From NCBI GenBank assembly GCA_049724395.1, contig JAUGWO010000042.1, positions 124,001-188,000 on the forward strand: 64,000 nt of DNA. Reading direction: 5' to 3'. The translations under genes and the position numbers were made by a program. How positions within the stretch are numbered: position 1 is the first letter of the stretch; each line of letters begins with the position of its first letter. Under the pieces are notes generated by a model. It was not told the origin of the DNA. It searched no databases and saw nothing but the letters and a program-made list of their open reading frames with translations. Shown piece by piece: positions 41,089-53,744 of the stretch. This DNA comes from Spongospora subterranea f. sp. subterranea (Eukaryota).

Positions 41089-41322
41089 GGTTGGCAAGAT
41101 GATAAGGCGGATGTCTCGGTATCCTTCTGCTCGCTCTATCTATAACATATGAGAGGGTCGTGCTGTACATGATATAACTATAACTAATACACCCCCTCAA
41201 TCGTATCGTGTTAGGATATACTGTAGAGTGGACTATCGTGTGGCTGCGCTAGATTCTTCAATCGCCTGTTCATCAACTTTACTTATTTCGAATAAATACA
41301 GCCAGACATCATGGAGTAGCTT

Positions 41323-41550
41323 CTAAAGGGACTGCTTTAGTTTAATATCGATCTGCTCCTCGGATTCTTGACGCAGACGGCCCGATAATTGTCTAGCTTG
41401 CTCTCGGAGAAGGTCTACTTGCCGCTGAGTTTGCTGCTTCAAGAACTGTTCGACCGAGAGGTTTTTCGCGTCATCCGGCTGTAACTTGAGTAGCTCTTCA
41501 GCAATCCACTTATCGCTATTATGCTCGTCGCTGCTCGACCTGGTCGTCAT
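41323..41550 (-). CDS. Small coiled-coil hypothetical protein
   Basis: 75-aa ATG-initiated ORF with heptad-like composition (LSVEQFLKQQTQRQVDLLREQARQL). Confidence 0.45.
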   Translation of the reverse strand: MTTRSSSDEHNSDKWIAEELLKLQPDDAKNLSVEQFLKQQTQRQVDLLREQARQLSGRLRQESEEQIDIKLKQSL

Positions 41551-43144
41551 TCTGGTGAAAAACAAAAAAACATTAAAATGGCGCTGTACTTTTTGAACTG
41601 ATAACAAATAACAAGCCAAGTCAAGGAAATGAATATTTTGGTTGATAGTTTTCTTTGACTGAATCGTATGGCGTAATCAGTTGATCAATACTACCGCTTA
41701 GTTTCAGACACACCGAGAGCGAGGATTTCGAATCAATCTACAGTGTTGACCATCTGGTAACTCGTTATCTGTTGATGGATTTAAAAGTGCGGTTAAAAGT
41801 GCGCGAATTTCGAAAAGTGCAACTGAAAATTCGGGTTTGAATCAAAAATATGGACTGAACACAACGCTAAAAACAAGCTTGGCATTGCAGCAGTATCATA
41901 CTCCAATGGGTGGTGCAATCAATCGAACTGCCAACAATATCGGAAACTCAAGAGACCAACAACTTTGAATCGGGGACATCGCATTCATTTGCCATAAATC
42001 TTGTCACCAACGAGGTTAACTTTTAAGCGAAACGGGAATGGTTTGACAAAAACAGTCAGGCAAATGAAACAGATCTTATTGAACAGAACCCGTTAACCAA
42101 AGTCGTCATCCGTCCACAGCACCATCGTGCCAGGGACACTTCTCGCACTTCCCCCGAACTTTCAACGCAATACGTTCTGCCGTTCCAGATTAGTCGCTGA
42201 CTCTGCAGAGATCGACCGCCAGCGCAGCGAGTCGTCTTTTCGTCAGAGATAATTCACAAGCAATCAAGATCATGTTCCAGATCATCAAATCCCGTATGGT
42301 GCTATGCCAGGTCAGACCCGTTCGCATCGAAGTTGACCCCCATGGTGTATCGCCTAATGGCACATATTCAGGCTTGAAAGTACTTCTGCGAAGAAAAGTA
42401 GTTCACATCAGTTCCGACTCTTTGGTTGCCCTTACGCCATAGCACCGGTTTCTTGCAATAGAATATGATACTCGTGGCGTTCAATTCTGGCTATCCAGTC
42501 AGGGATCCAAAAGGGTTTAAGGGTACTATTGGAAAGGTTTAATACGTGTGTAATTAAACAATTACAGCAAACAATTATGTGTCGTTTTGGATATTTTGCT
42601 GGACAATGTTGGAATGAAGACGCTCTTCTTTACGCTCGATTTTTCGGATGCGATCAAGAGCCCGAATGATGCGGCCCCTTCCAGCGGTATCATTGTATTC
42701 TCGTCCCGTCGAGTCTCGCATCGATAGAACCTTGATCATGATGGTCTTCATCCTTGTGTGCAATTCTTTTTGCTTGTCAGATCGCCCCAGCGAGCCCGTT
42801 GCACAACCGTCACTTGCAGACGAGAGAAACCCACAGGCGATTGAGGAAATAATTCCCACGAACAGCACCCTTTCCATGAACATACTTCCTGGAATAACGG
42901 ATTAAAGAGTACTGGAAACAAAATGGCAAACTGGGGATTTCCAATTACAAGACACGCGCCAGATGAGGCACGATATTAACGATCAGATTCTCCTTATGAA
43001 ATATCAGATATTGAACACTTAGATGGGCAATGTGCTAAAAACATTATCCAGATCTGAGCAATCCGACTCGGACTTCGTTTGCTCCGAGACGGCTAGTTTT
43101 TTCTTTTCAGAGTATGGCAAAAGATCTTGTTTTTACTGTTGATT

Positions 43145-43265
43145 TGATGGACAAGTACTGTATCTGGGTATTTTGATTATTCATCAAGCGGTTTCAAGAA
43201 AGGATTATCATTATCATGGATATATTCTCGTCCTTCATCCTTGACCTGTCGGGACTCACAAGACG
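43145..43265 (+). mobile_element. Possible highly decayed pogo/Tigger DDE_1 transposase fragment
   Basis: F..F.KRFQERIIIIMDIFSS..DLSGLT resembles the RKILLLMDNFSAH region; contains a stop codon. Confidence 0.25.
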
Positions 43266-43401
43266 ACTGCTCAGAGAATGCACTATCTGAGGCCACAGAT
43301 AATCCCATGCACATCAACCAGCATCTGCTTTCGTATGCGTGAAACCAGTCGGCTAGCCAATCTCATTCAAGAACCTGAGCAGCAGAGCGAAGGGGCGGCT
43401 A

Positions 43402-43631
43402 ACCGGGATTGCCAGCCGTAGCCGTCGACTGCCTATCACTTCATGTTACCGGGATTGCCAGCCGTAGCCGTCGACTGCCTATCACTTCATGTTACCGGGA
43501 TTGCCAGCCGTAGCCGTCGACTGCCTATCACTTCATGTTACCGGGATTGCCAGCCGTAGCCGTCGACTGCCTATCACTTCATGTTACCGGGATTGCCAGC
43601 CGTAGCCGTCGACTGCGTATCACTTCATATT
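43402..43631. repeat. Minisatellite, 5 x 46 bp
   Basis: Unit ACCGGGATTGCCAGCCGTAGCCGTCGACTGCCTATCACTTCATGTT starts at 43402, 43448, 43494, 43540 and 43586. Four copies are identical; the last has 2 substitutions. Confidence 0.97.
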
Positions 43632-43776
43632 TGAGTTTGTCCCGTTCCGCAGTCCGCAGGCGCAATCTCCTCTCGTCCCAGATCGATAATAAATCTGTCG
43701 TCATTTCGTCAATTGCCCAAACATTCCAGGAGCCCGTTGATTTATCTACTCTTTGTCCTTTAAAAAATCGTCATCG

Positions 43777-45030
43777 ATGAACGATGATGATTTGATCCAT
43801 GTGTCCGTTGAGAAATTTCAACACATGAAACGGTTGATGTTGACGGTTTGGGACAAAAGGTCCATGCCCGATTGTAGAATTACGGTTAAACCGTGCTCGT
43901 CTGTATTATCCGTCTGGCGAACCAATTGAGATCCTGTTCGATTGCCATATAGCTCATGAGCGCGCGCGCCGATCCGATTCATCGGATCCGGAATACACCA
44001 TCATCACGATCACCTGTCCAATCACATTAGATGTCAAACGAGACTATGATCTCGACCTACCGGCCCAATCCGAGCTATCGACACGATCTCGTCAACTTGT
44101 CTGCCGATCGTGCGACACTCCCTTCGCGGATCTGTCCAACCTTGAAGGCGCCTACCCTTTACCGTGCGATCACTGGATGGAAATGTCAGAGCTCTGGGTA
44201 TTGTTTGATTCAAAACGATTTTCGCCTAATAGAATCCTGAAAACCTGTTTTAGGTCTGCGATCCCAGTACAATGTCCCATATTCAGAATCCGTATGGGCT
44301 TCCCGATCGCCCTCTGGATGAGGCGGCTTTACCAACCAGGGTTCTCATTGGCCTTCGTGACGTGATCGTCCCTGCCGAAACCATTGTCGACAATCGAACG
44401 TCGTCAGATAAAGACGGAATGATGATCCTCTGCTGTAAATGTCAATCCAACTTGGGATCGTCCATTCCTAACGGGTTTCGAATCTGGAAGATGGCGATTC
44501 TGGCGAGCGATGAGTGCACCGATAACCCACGATCTAGGGTATTTTCGTTCTACACCGATGAGAGCGATGCCGTTGCTCTTATTCTACAGCAATGCCATTC
44601 GCGATCGCATTATTTAGCGGTGGTTTCTTGCGATGACCCAAACCAGGAAGACGTCCTCTGTTTGCAGATCTGCAATTGGGATTCGTTTGCGATTGATGCG
44701 TCTTATCTGAAAACCGGCAACTGTTTGTCATTGCAAAGGAGATCTCCGGTCGATCCAAATAGGTTTGCTCCCGTTATCAAGGTTTATTATCGTTTTCAAC
44801 CTGAATTACAACCGAAGTCAATCTCATCTCAAATATTGATTGACGCCTCAATCTAACTCATCCGATTGTACAGAGACGCTGCCTTTGTTGATAACGCACA
44901 TGTCGAACGAATTCAGTTGACAACAGCACAATGGAAAAGCGTAAAACAATCCCTTCACCGAAGTTCCCATTGCTATCCTCCAACGCAGCGTATGATCGGA
45001 AATATGTCCAAAGGTTATCTGCACAGGTAA
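43777..45030 (+). CDS. UBE3D: UBE3D/Ipa1-like HECT_2 family protein, multi-exon
   Basis: LVCRSCDT..PLPCDHWMEMSELW|VC..ILCCKCQSNLG..IKVYY..SSHCYPPTQR..GYL. Confidence 0.75.
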
Positions 45031-45261
45031 CAACGTTTTCATCGTAGAATCCTCTGCAGCACTCGATTTACTCATCGTTGGTGATTTAGGCTATCCCGTA
45101 TTATTTAACAGAATAAATTTACTAATTATTCGATTATGGTTGAAAAACCTTGGAATTATCGACTGTTGTATAGATCGCCGCTAACGATAATCGAGCTAGT
45201 TTATGTATATAGTTTTGGTCATAAAGCTCGCTGGACGTGCGCATGATCAAGGGACAAAAAA

Positions 45262-46057
45262 TCAGTGGCGACCTGGAGCAGGACGACGACGGAATGGCGA
45301 TCGGCGTGGAGGACTTCCGCGGTTGCGAATGTCGGAGCGTCGAGGAGGTGTTCGGGATCGGCGACCACCACCTATCCGGCCTTGAGCACCGAATTTACGT
45401 TGTGAATCTATGAAATACTATTAGAGGCCGGCTACCGGAAAATGATGGGCACATCTAACATTGTTGATGAGGAGGTAATCGCCTCGAATCGTAAGTACGA
45501 GGACGGTCTTGGATCATAAACGTGACTTGAACAATATTACCATCGATTTGTGCACCATCCATATGGCGGCGAGCCTTTTCAGCGGAATCGCTTACTTTGA
45601 AAAATATTTCGGCTTTGCCAATATTGGTCTTGATTTTTGGATTCATTGGCACTACAACCTGAGTGACATCGCCAAAAGTACTGAAAATCTCCTTCAAATG
45701 GTCTTGATTGACGTTCCGCGTAATGTTTTTAACCAGAACACGCTTAGGACTTGGGGTTCGAGAGCGTTTCCTCGTACGAGGCGGACTCATGCGACGGGGA
45801 CCACGATCATACGATCGAGAACGACGGGGAGGAGTACGACGGCGTCGATGACCACGTGATGGACTACGAGAGTAACTGGATCGGCTGTAGGATGAAGAAC
45901 CGGATCGAGAATATGACGAAGATGGTGAGCGCGACGATGAAGAGTAAGATGAGTACGAACGTGAGCGTTTGCGACCACGCGAACGTGATGCAGACCGCGA
46001 CGAGCGTGCTCGAGCAGGTGAACGCCGGCCTCGTACCGGTGATCGTGAGCGTGGCAT
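45262..46057 (-). CDS. RNPS1: RNPS1/SR45-like RS-rich RRM splicing factor, 2 exons
   Basis: Ser/Arg-rich N-terminus; RRM VKNITRNVNQDHLKEIFSTFG..AEKARRHMDGAQIDG. Confidence 0.88.
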
Positions 46058-46420
46058 CGCAAACAAGGTGAGCGAGCGAGCCAATCACCTGCTGAACTGT
46101 AAAGGTATCCTTTGGTTCTCAAGTCAATCGTCAATAAGGCAATTGGCCATGGCGCAGTCCGTAGCACGGTACACTTCTGTTACTCTCATATCAGGTTATC
46201 ATGCCCCCAGTTGGCCCATAAAAGCCCCAGACGTCGCACTATTTCAGAAATCGCTGACGATTTCGACTACAGGCCTGAGATCGGCTTCCAGCCTCGTAAA
46301 GAATGAATATCCCGATTCAAAAATTGTTGTTTTTTACCAAAAACAAAAAATACACAAACCGTCAGCTTTTCTATTTTGTATTATACCACCGTCTGTAGAC
46401 AATGACTCTGTTTTTTTTAT

Positions 46421-48025
46421 TTAAAATTTGATAGATCGGACTTCGGTGTCAATCGCTCCACCCCGGTATGTTCCCCGTTTAGCTTTGGTTTTTTCATGAC
46501 GAAAACCTTTGCCTTTTGTCACTATCAACTTCTGGCTTGCCTTGGCGCCATATGTTTCCCCCTTTTCCTGAATTGCAGCGTATGTATTGTCGCGAAGACG
46601 GCTATCCAAGAATGTCACCTCATTTGCTTTTATACGTTGAAATCTTTGCCCTGACGATCCAGCAGACATTGGGGTTTGAACATTTTTGGAATTTTTGGGG
46701 GTCTTCGCTTCAGGTAAGGAATTTCTCTTCGGTTGGACCTCCTCAGAAGAATCGCATTCCGACGAGGAGTCTTCATCGGAATCTGGAGACTCGTCTGAGC
46801 TGTCTTTCACGGCACTATCGTCACCTGAGGATTCAGAACTCGATTCTCCACCTTTGGCGCTTTCTTCTTCACTGTCGTCCGCTGCTTCCTCATCGCTATC
46901 GCTTGACGAATCGCCTTCGTCACTATCATCAACAGTACTGATAACCGCCATCTCTTCTTCATCTTCCGATTCATCGCTTGAGGAATTAGCGGCATCAACT
47001 GCACTTTTCATATTAATATCGCTGTCATCATCGGCTGACGATTCTTTCTCAGCTTCATCATCACTATCATCCGATGAATCTTCCGCCGCATCCATCTCGT
47101 CGTCGCTGGCGTCTTCGCTCTCATCACTATCGCTGCCATCCGATGAACCTTCAGCAGCCACAACCGCCTCCACCTCGTCGTCGCTGGCTTCTTCGCTCTC
47201 ATCGCTATCGCTGTCATCCGATGAACCTTCAGCAACCACAGCCGCCTTCACGTCGTCGTCGCTTGCTTCTTCGCTCTCATCGCTATCGCTGTCATCTGAA
47301 GAACCTTCAACAGCCACAACCGCTTCCATGTCGCTATCGCCTTCATCTTCGTCTGATGTCGGTTTTTCGTCTTCGTCGCTACTGCTTTCATCCGATGCGT
47401 CTTCACTTGCCACAGCCACTTCAACATCGTCTTCACTCTCTTGGCAATTATCATCCGAATTCTCCGAACTCTCATCGCTATTATCTGAATCAGACTCTTC
47501 TACGGCGACAGCAACATTTTCATCATCGCTATCGACTGATTCAGCATCGCTATCGTCAGCACTGTCAGTGGAAACTTCCTCGTCATCTTCAAATTCAGCT
47601 TCTTCTTCTGGTTCACTTTCTGAGTTACTGTCCGTACTCGTATACTCTTCAGCTTCGATGTCAACAAATGTTGGTTTCACTTCGTCATCCGAGTCAGAAT
47701 CGCTGTCAGAAACTGACGCCTTCGCAGTGGCTAAAGCAAATCTTTCTTCAGCAGCTTCGTCTTCCATATCATCTGAGCTGTCGTCACTAGAAGAGTCAAC
47801 AATTACAACTTTCCGTTTCTTCGCTGATTTCTTATCGACGGGGGACGCCGACGCGGATCGCGGTCGTTTCCAGTTCGAAAATATCGCTTGTAATGACTCA
47901 TTCTCATTGATTTGACCTTGGGATGGAATGTCCGCCTCCTTGGCCAACCTGGCAGCGGTCTTGGTCAATCCTTGATCTTTGAGAAACTGGGAGACCAGAA
48001 GCAATAACTGGGAGTCGGTGGACAT
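46421..48025 (-). CDS. SRP40: SRP40/Nopp140 nucleolar phosphoprotein (LisH, acidic-Ser repeats, SRP40_C)
   Basis: LVSQFLKDQGLTKTA LisH; C-terminal FQRIK..LRDNTY..YGAKASQKLIVTKGKGFRHEKTKAKRGTYRGGAID..SIKF. Confidence 0.92.
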   Translation of the reverse strand: MSTDSQLLLLVSQFLKDQGLTKTAARLAKEADIPSQGQINENESLQAIFSNWKRPRSASASPVDKKSAKKRKVVIVDSSSDDSSDDMEDEAAEERFALATAKASVSDSDSDSDDEVKPTFVDIEAEEYTSTDSNSESEPEEEAEFEDDEEVSTDSADDSDAESVDSDDENVAVAVEESDSDNSDESSENSDDNCQESEDDVEVAVASEDASDESSSDEDEKPTSDEDEGDSDMEAVVAVEGSSDDSDSDESEEASDDDVKAAVVAEGSSDDSDSDESEEASDDEVEAVVAAEGSSDGSDSDESEDASDDEMDAAEDSSDDSDDEAEKESSADDDSDINMKSAVDAANSSSDESEDEEEMAVISTVDDSDEGDSSSDSDEEAADDSEEESAKGGESSSESSGDDSAVKDSSDESPDSDEDSSSECDSSEEVQPKRNSLPEAKTPKNSKNVQTPMSAGSSGQRFQRIKANEVTFLDSRLRDNTYAAIQEKGETYGAKASQKLIVTKGKGFRHEKTKAKRGTYRGGAIDTEVRSIKF

Positions 48026-48042
48026 ATTTGAAATGGGATGAA

Positions 48043-48128
48043 TACTGGGCAATGGCGAGGGTGATTTTTTGAAATGTGTCTAGATGATTACTGGGCAATG
48101 GCGAGGGTGATTCTTGAAATGTGTCTAG
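48043..48128. repeat. Tandem duplication (~41 bp core, period 46) just upstream of SRP40
   Basis: TACTGGGCAATGGCGAGGGTGATT(TT/C)TTGAAATGTGTCTAG at 48043 and 48089. Confidence 0.9.
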
Positions 48129-48845
48129 TGTACAATACACCGCAGTCATTCCATCACATTCAAAGTCCGCAACTCCGGAAAAACTGCGGCGATTTGTTGA
48201 ATTTCTCGTTGAAGTCACTTGAAAGTTGAAATAACTGCTTAGGAGCTGCGTTTTAGAGAACGGAATCTCATTTCTCGCGCTTTGCTGAACGGAAACCAGG
48301 ACAGTTACCTAAAGTTGATAATAATTCGCTTTATTTCAACGGTGAAGTTATATAATGTGAGGCTTGTATCAGTTTCTTTTGGTCCCTTCTCTTCATTTCC
48401 GCGTTGTGAAAATCGACACTCAGTGCTCATGGATCTCCAATAGCAACCTGGAATCTGGCCAGTTTCGAATTTAAAGGAGAGCATCTCGTAATTTTTGTCT
48501 CAGCCATCCTCTACTATGTAAAACGAGTTTGTTTGCTTGCTGCTGTTATCAATGATCTTGTCAAAAAAATGACTGTCAAAGTTATTGCTGTTCTGAGAAT
48601 CTGATGATTGTAAATGCGTATTACGTGAGATCGACAGGTGTATCCCTGTCGACTGTCACCAGAATTTTCAATGTCAAAAGTACTTTCTATCTGATACAGC
48701 TTATATGAAGCATTTCAGTCTCGGAAAAAAAAAAGGCTCTGATGGTTTGTTGACGTAGACTCAACGTAAAAGTTTACATAGACACCATTTCCAAGACATT
48801 ACATTTCGATTTTCGGCAATAATTATGATAACAAAACATTCTTTT

Positions 48846-50194
48846 TTAATAGAAATAGGTTGACAGTTGATATCGTACAAAAAACCCTATTAAACAGCAA
48901 AGAGCTTGAAACACCAACAGAATTATACAAAGGTGCTTTTCAGTCTTGGGACCAACCATCAGAAGAACCAAATTAACCAGATTCATATTTGTAGCGATCC
49001 CTTCGAGTTTACCGGTTTTCAAGTTGTACCTGGGGAGACGGTGCCTAATGCAGTGTCATTGTTTTGTGAAAGCAAAAGAAGCGTATGTTGTTTACCTAGG
49101 ACAGGGAATCAGCCCAAACAACTGGGGAAGAGAATATGCGAAGTTAATCAATTGAGGGATGAAAAATAGCAATAAGGTTTTGGAAAAATGCCCAAGAATG
49201 CCAGCTACAGCGAATGTCATCCCAGCATAGGTCGTGAATGTGTCACCGACAAATACGCGAGAGGGGTACCAATTAAATAAAAACAAAGCAACTACAGATG
49301 CAAAAATGAACAAACACCGAATACACCTAGATCAGTAGTTTACAAGTTGTGCAAAGAAACGGCAGCATCAGAGTCAATGAAAAGAAATGAGGGGCTGATT
49401 GAGGGCCAGAAACTTCAATAAAATTATGAACGAGAACAGCGAATGCAATAACGATGGATTGCCCTGTCTCAAGGCCGTTGATGCCGGCAAATATGTTGAT
49501 CGCGTTCGTAGTGAATATAGAAAGCATACACATGTAAACAAAATATAGCACATCTGAATAAAAGAGAATCAGCAAACCGCCTTTGTTATAGCGCTAAAAT
49601 CAAACTTACGCAGATCAAGAGAGGGTCCCACCAGAGACAGAAATGGCTTAGGAATTATGATCGTTGTGCCTCCTTGATACGCGACAAGAAGTGGGATCGA
49701 AGCTAAACCTGGCAGAATTAACTTTAGGCGCCAAGGTAATTCAAGAACATCGTCAGCGAAACCAAGCAACGTCATGAAACAGATTGAGTGCAACGCCGAA
49801 TTGTATTCCGCTTGCTAAGAAGATTAATGTCAACGAATCCTGACGCTAAACCAAAAAACAAGAACCAACGTGAAAAGCCGTCTCGCTGTTGATGAGCTGG
49901 CACACAGTAATACACAATAAGAACACAGATGCAGGCCAGATTCCCATCGCCTCTGGTCTATAACAGATCAATCAGATTCTGACGCCCAGATGGCATGAAC
50001 AATTACATCTTGATATTTTCAGACTTAGTCCCCTTCTTGTTTAGGTCGTACCCAAACAGGTTAGCCTTTTGATGGTAGTGTTGAACTCGCCCAATCAACA
50101 TATAAGAAGCGACAAAGCCGCATATAGATATCGCTAGCGTCGCCAAAAATTGTGTCGGCGATACTAACTTATTGACGACATCTGGCTGAACCAT
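48846..50194 (-). CDS. DPAGT1: UDP-GlcNAc:dolichyl-phosphate GlcNAc-1-phosphotransferase (ALG7), 6 exons
   Basis: [63 protein letters not shown]. Confidence 0.96.
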
Positions 50195-50453
50195 GGAATG
50201 ATATTACGATCCCCTGAATCCGATTGCTCTATGTGGTTAATAGAGTGAACCGGAGTAAGTCGGGAAACAGTGCGGGGAGGAACAGCAACACGAGTGGAAC
50301 ACGCCTTACTTTCTACACCATTAATATGAAACGCACATTGGTATCGTCGCGTTCTACCTAGCCGCACCAGTCGAACTGAGAGATAACATAACAACGAGTG
50401 ATGTGTAACTCGTGATGAGGTGTATAAATAACATAGATGAGCGTATATATGGC

Positions 50454-51216
50454 TTAGTGAATAGTTATGGAACCTCGAGCGCGGACTGTCACTGATCCGT
50501 CTTTCCGCTTGAAATGCAACAAATCGGATGGCTTTCTGGCAAGAAGCTGGGATTCATGACGAAATACCTGAATTTGGCCGTCAATATCTGGATTGTACCC
50601 AGTAAGCAGTCGCCCAACAACAACATGTGCATCTGCCATGTCTTCTAGGCAGATTAATGCGTATTGATGGCCTCCGATTCCACTGTGTATTGTGCCCATG
50701 ACACTGATGGAGAGATCGCAAAGTTGTCTGAAGAAATCAATTACGTCTGCTTGATTAGGTGCTGCATCAAGAAGGACATCAATCCCATCAACAAACAGAA
50801 TGTCGTTATCCCTTTGCTGACTATCAGAGAAGTATTCCACAAGAGATTGCAGAGTTTTCTGAAGAAACCCGTAGTCATCCCAGAGCTCTTTGTCTGATAG
50901 GCAATCAATAAACGAAATTTTTCTGTTTTCGGCAGACACATTAATTGGGGCTCCCTGTTGATATCGATAAGCAAATTCCATAGTAAATTCTTAGACAACT
51001 AACGAGCTTTTGCAACTGAGAGCGATAATAATTTGCTGGTTCGAGGAACGAGAGGACGGCAATATGGGCAGTTGACCGCGATGACAGCACTGAGTTTATG
51101 GCACTAAGAGCAATCATGTCGGCGTTCGTATGCAAGTCGTTGATGAGAAGCCAGAACTGTCCATGGCAAGTATCCGGTGTCCATCCGACAGATGGCGCTG
51201 CGTCAAGACAACCCAT
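50454..51216 (-). CDS. ELP6: Elongator subunit Elp6-like RecA-fold protein, 2 exons
   Basis: VLSFLEPANYY..QKL|G..ISFIDCLS..LFVDGIDVLL..ADAHVVVGRLLTGYNPDIDGQI..LHFKRKDGSV. Confidence 0.75.
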
Positions 51217-51699
51217 GACTGTTCAGTAACAATTGCCCACTATCATTTCCGCAGTTTTTCCAAGATCGCGTTGCGGCAAATACAGTTTTACAGGGCATAA
51301 AGATCAACATGTTCCGACCTGTTCAACGATCCGTATTGTATGTTTCTAGATATGGGCGGATCTAGTTTCATAAATACTCCTTGATTTCGACAAACAGAGT
51401 AGGTAGGCTGTGCACAGTCACTTGTTGTGACCAGCGGATTGCGAGTTTGAGTCGTACAACCCAGCAAAACTGGGGTTTTCACCGGAGACCTTGCACTTCA
51501 TTTTGATGTTGTGTTTCTCGGCTTAGGCCGTTTCGAGCGCAAATTCTCTAATGAGGCGGTCGAATATATCCAGTCCCTTCAGACTACCTCCAGGGCGGTC
51601 TATATTGAAGGATCAAGAAGGAAATAGTTTTGAATCTGCGAAAGACAAACATCGAATCGCGGGTTCTGGATATGTTAGCATGTTTCGACCGCCTCATTA

Positions 51700-53560
51700 G
51701 AGAATTTGCGCTCGAAAAGACGTTTTGGCTCCCGAGCGAGAACGATAAATAGGCGATCTTATGCCGAGAAACACGACGATTTCTTCACCGCGAATAAGGA
51801 TGAAGGACTCCTCTTCGACCTGATTCTGAAAGAGGCGGAGCAACAACACAAGTATTTTAAACCGATTGATAGCAACAAGCCGGCACATTCTTGCAGTTCG
51901 AAGCCGATCACAACTGCAACAGTGTCGCTAACGCCCCTCGAAAGGTTCCCGACACTATTCGAAGGAGATATGAAGGTCGGGCACTACCGGACGGCGGCTG
52001 CCTCGTCTGCAAGGGAAATCATTGGATTCAGGTTTGTCCAACCAGCACGCACACGCAATTGCAAGAGGCGTTCGCAAATTTTCCCAAGGCAAAACAACAG
52101 AATATCACTACGGATCTGTCGTGTATTCATGCCAAACGCAATCAATCGTTCTCTTCATCACATAATGCAGACGAGCAAACCGTGCGCGTCGGCAAACATA
52201 ACTCATGGCGATACGATCTCGACAACTGTTCTTCTCGTACAACTTTATCGCTCAGCATACTGCGAAAAATTCAGGGGACTGAAGTTGTCAGCGTGAAATA
52301 TCATGATCCACCACTTCGGGCGGAACAAGCGTTCAAGGACAATCCAATCACAATCGTCGCCTCTGCCAAACTGGATTTGACGTTGACAACGTCGACCGGC
52401 AAAACATGTAGTTTACGGGGACGTCAGTGCTACTCACTGAACAGGACCTGTCTGACGATATCATTCTGATCGACCAGCCCGAATATGTCGCATTGGGTAT
52501 TGATCCACATACGCTATTGATCGAGCGTCTGGCCAAGATATCTGGCAATCATCTGGAGGTGGAAGAACCCACGACCGACGATGACGCCGATTATGACATC
52601 TCCACCAAACTTCGTATCATGCGGAACATGATCACCGAAACGCGAGAGGAGTTTCCTGACGATTGCGAAAACGAACCCGGCGACGCTTACCTCGTCGAAA
52701 TAGGCGACAAGCGAGGTACACCAGTCAATGGACATGATGATTGATCGTGCAATAGCCGAAGGACTGACGAACGATTTCAAAGATCGTCTACGTGAGATCG
52801 TGTATCGACACGAAGACGTGTGGAGAACTAAACTGGGCAACGACCCGCCGGCAAAGGTTTCATCTATGAAAATCCATTTCAAAGCAGGCTGCCCCCATAA
52901 CCGCTCTCGCGCCCCACCAGTTCATCAAGATTTCATGCACAAGCACACCGCCGATCTGGAGCAGAACGGGTTCATCTACCGCAATCCACACGCCCGTTTT
53001 CCTGGTAATCGACAAAAAGGACACGTCCGTTCGTGGTCATCGTCTATGCATCGACACCAAAGATGTGAACAGCCGATCAGAACGAACAATTTGGCCGATG
53101 CCACATATAGATATAATTCCCAATTACCTACGTAACTCATCGATTTATATATTGCTGGACGCCTTCAAAGGCTACTGGCAGTTTCCCCTACATCCCGAAA
53201 TCGTAGGAACGCTGTTCCTTCATGACCCATGAAGCAGTTTACACGCCACGAAGAATCATACAAGGATTGGCCGACGTCGTTGTCGCGTTTCAAGCGGGAA
53301 TGCAAGAGGTGTTAGGCGATATCCTGTATAATGGCGTTTTACTGTAAGTTGACGACCGGTTGGGTTATACCCAAAACATCAATGATCATTTTCGTTTGCT
53401 CAACAAGCTTCTTGGCCTTTTAAATCGCTTCGGCATCAAGGTCAACCCGAATCGATGTAATCTTTATAAGAACACAGTAAAATGGTGCGGTCGCGTTATT
53501 TCCGCTGAAGGGACGTCATTCGACCGAGATATGGTATCCGCATTACCCAAAATGTGCAAA
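51700..53560 (+). mobile_element. Degenerate Ty3/Gypsy LTR retrotransposon internal fragment (gag, protease, RT)
   Basis: Zinc knuckle CLVCKGNHWIQVC; VWRTKLGNDPPAKV; RT motifs WPMP, LDAFKGYWQFPL, YTPRRIIQG, (Y>*)VDD, VKWCGRVIS. Many stops and frameshifts; no LTR seen. Confidence 0.9.
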
Positions 53561-53744
53561 CAAGGCAAAAATCAGGCATGGCGCCATTGCATAATGTACA
53601 TGATACGCCAGCAGTCGAAAAGCCCAACCCTTCTTCCATCATTCCGACAATACCTGTTTTCGACAATACCTGTTGGCCGGTGCATATTTGCACTGGAGAC
53701 AAAAAATGACCAGCTTGTGTGTTTATCTCATTACAGTTACACAA

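Noticed and set aside
43402..43631. CRISPR-like array
   Set aside because: Units are contiguous with no unique spacers, there are no cas genes, and the context is eukaryotic.
46686..47915. 409-aa Ser-rich ORF on the + strand
   Set aside because: Antisense shadow of the low-complexity SRP40 CDS.
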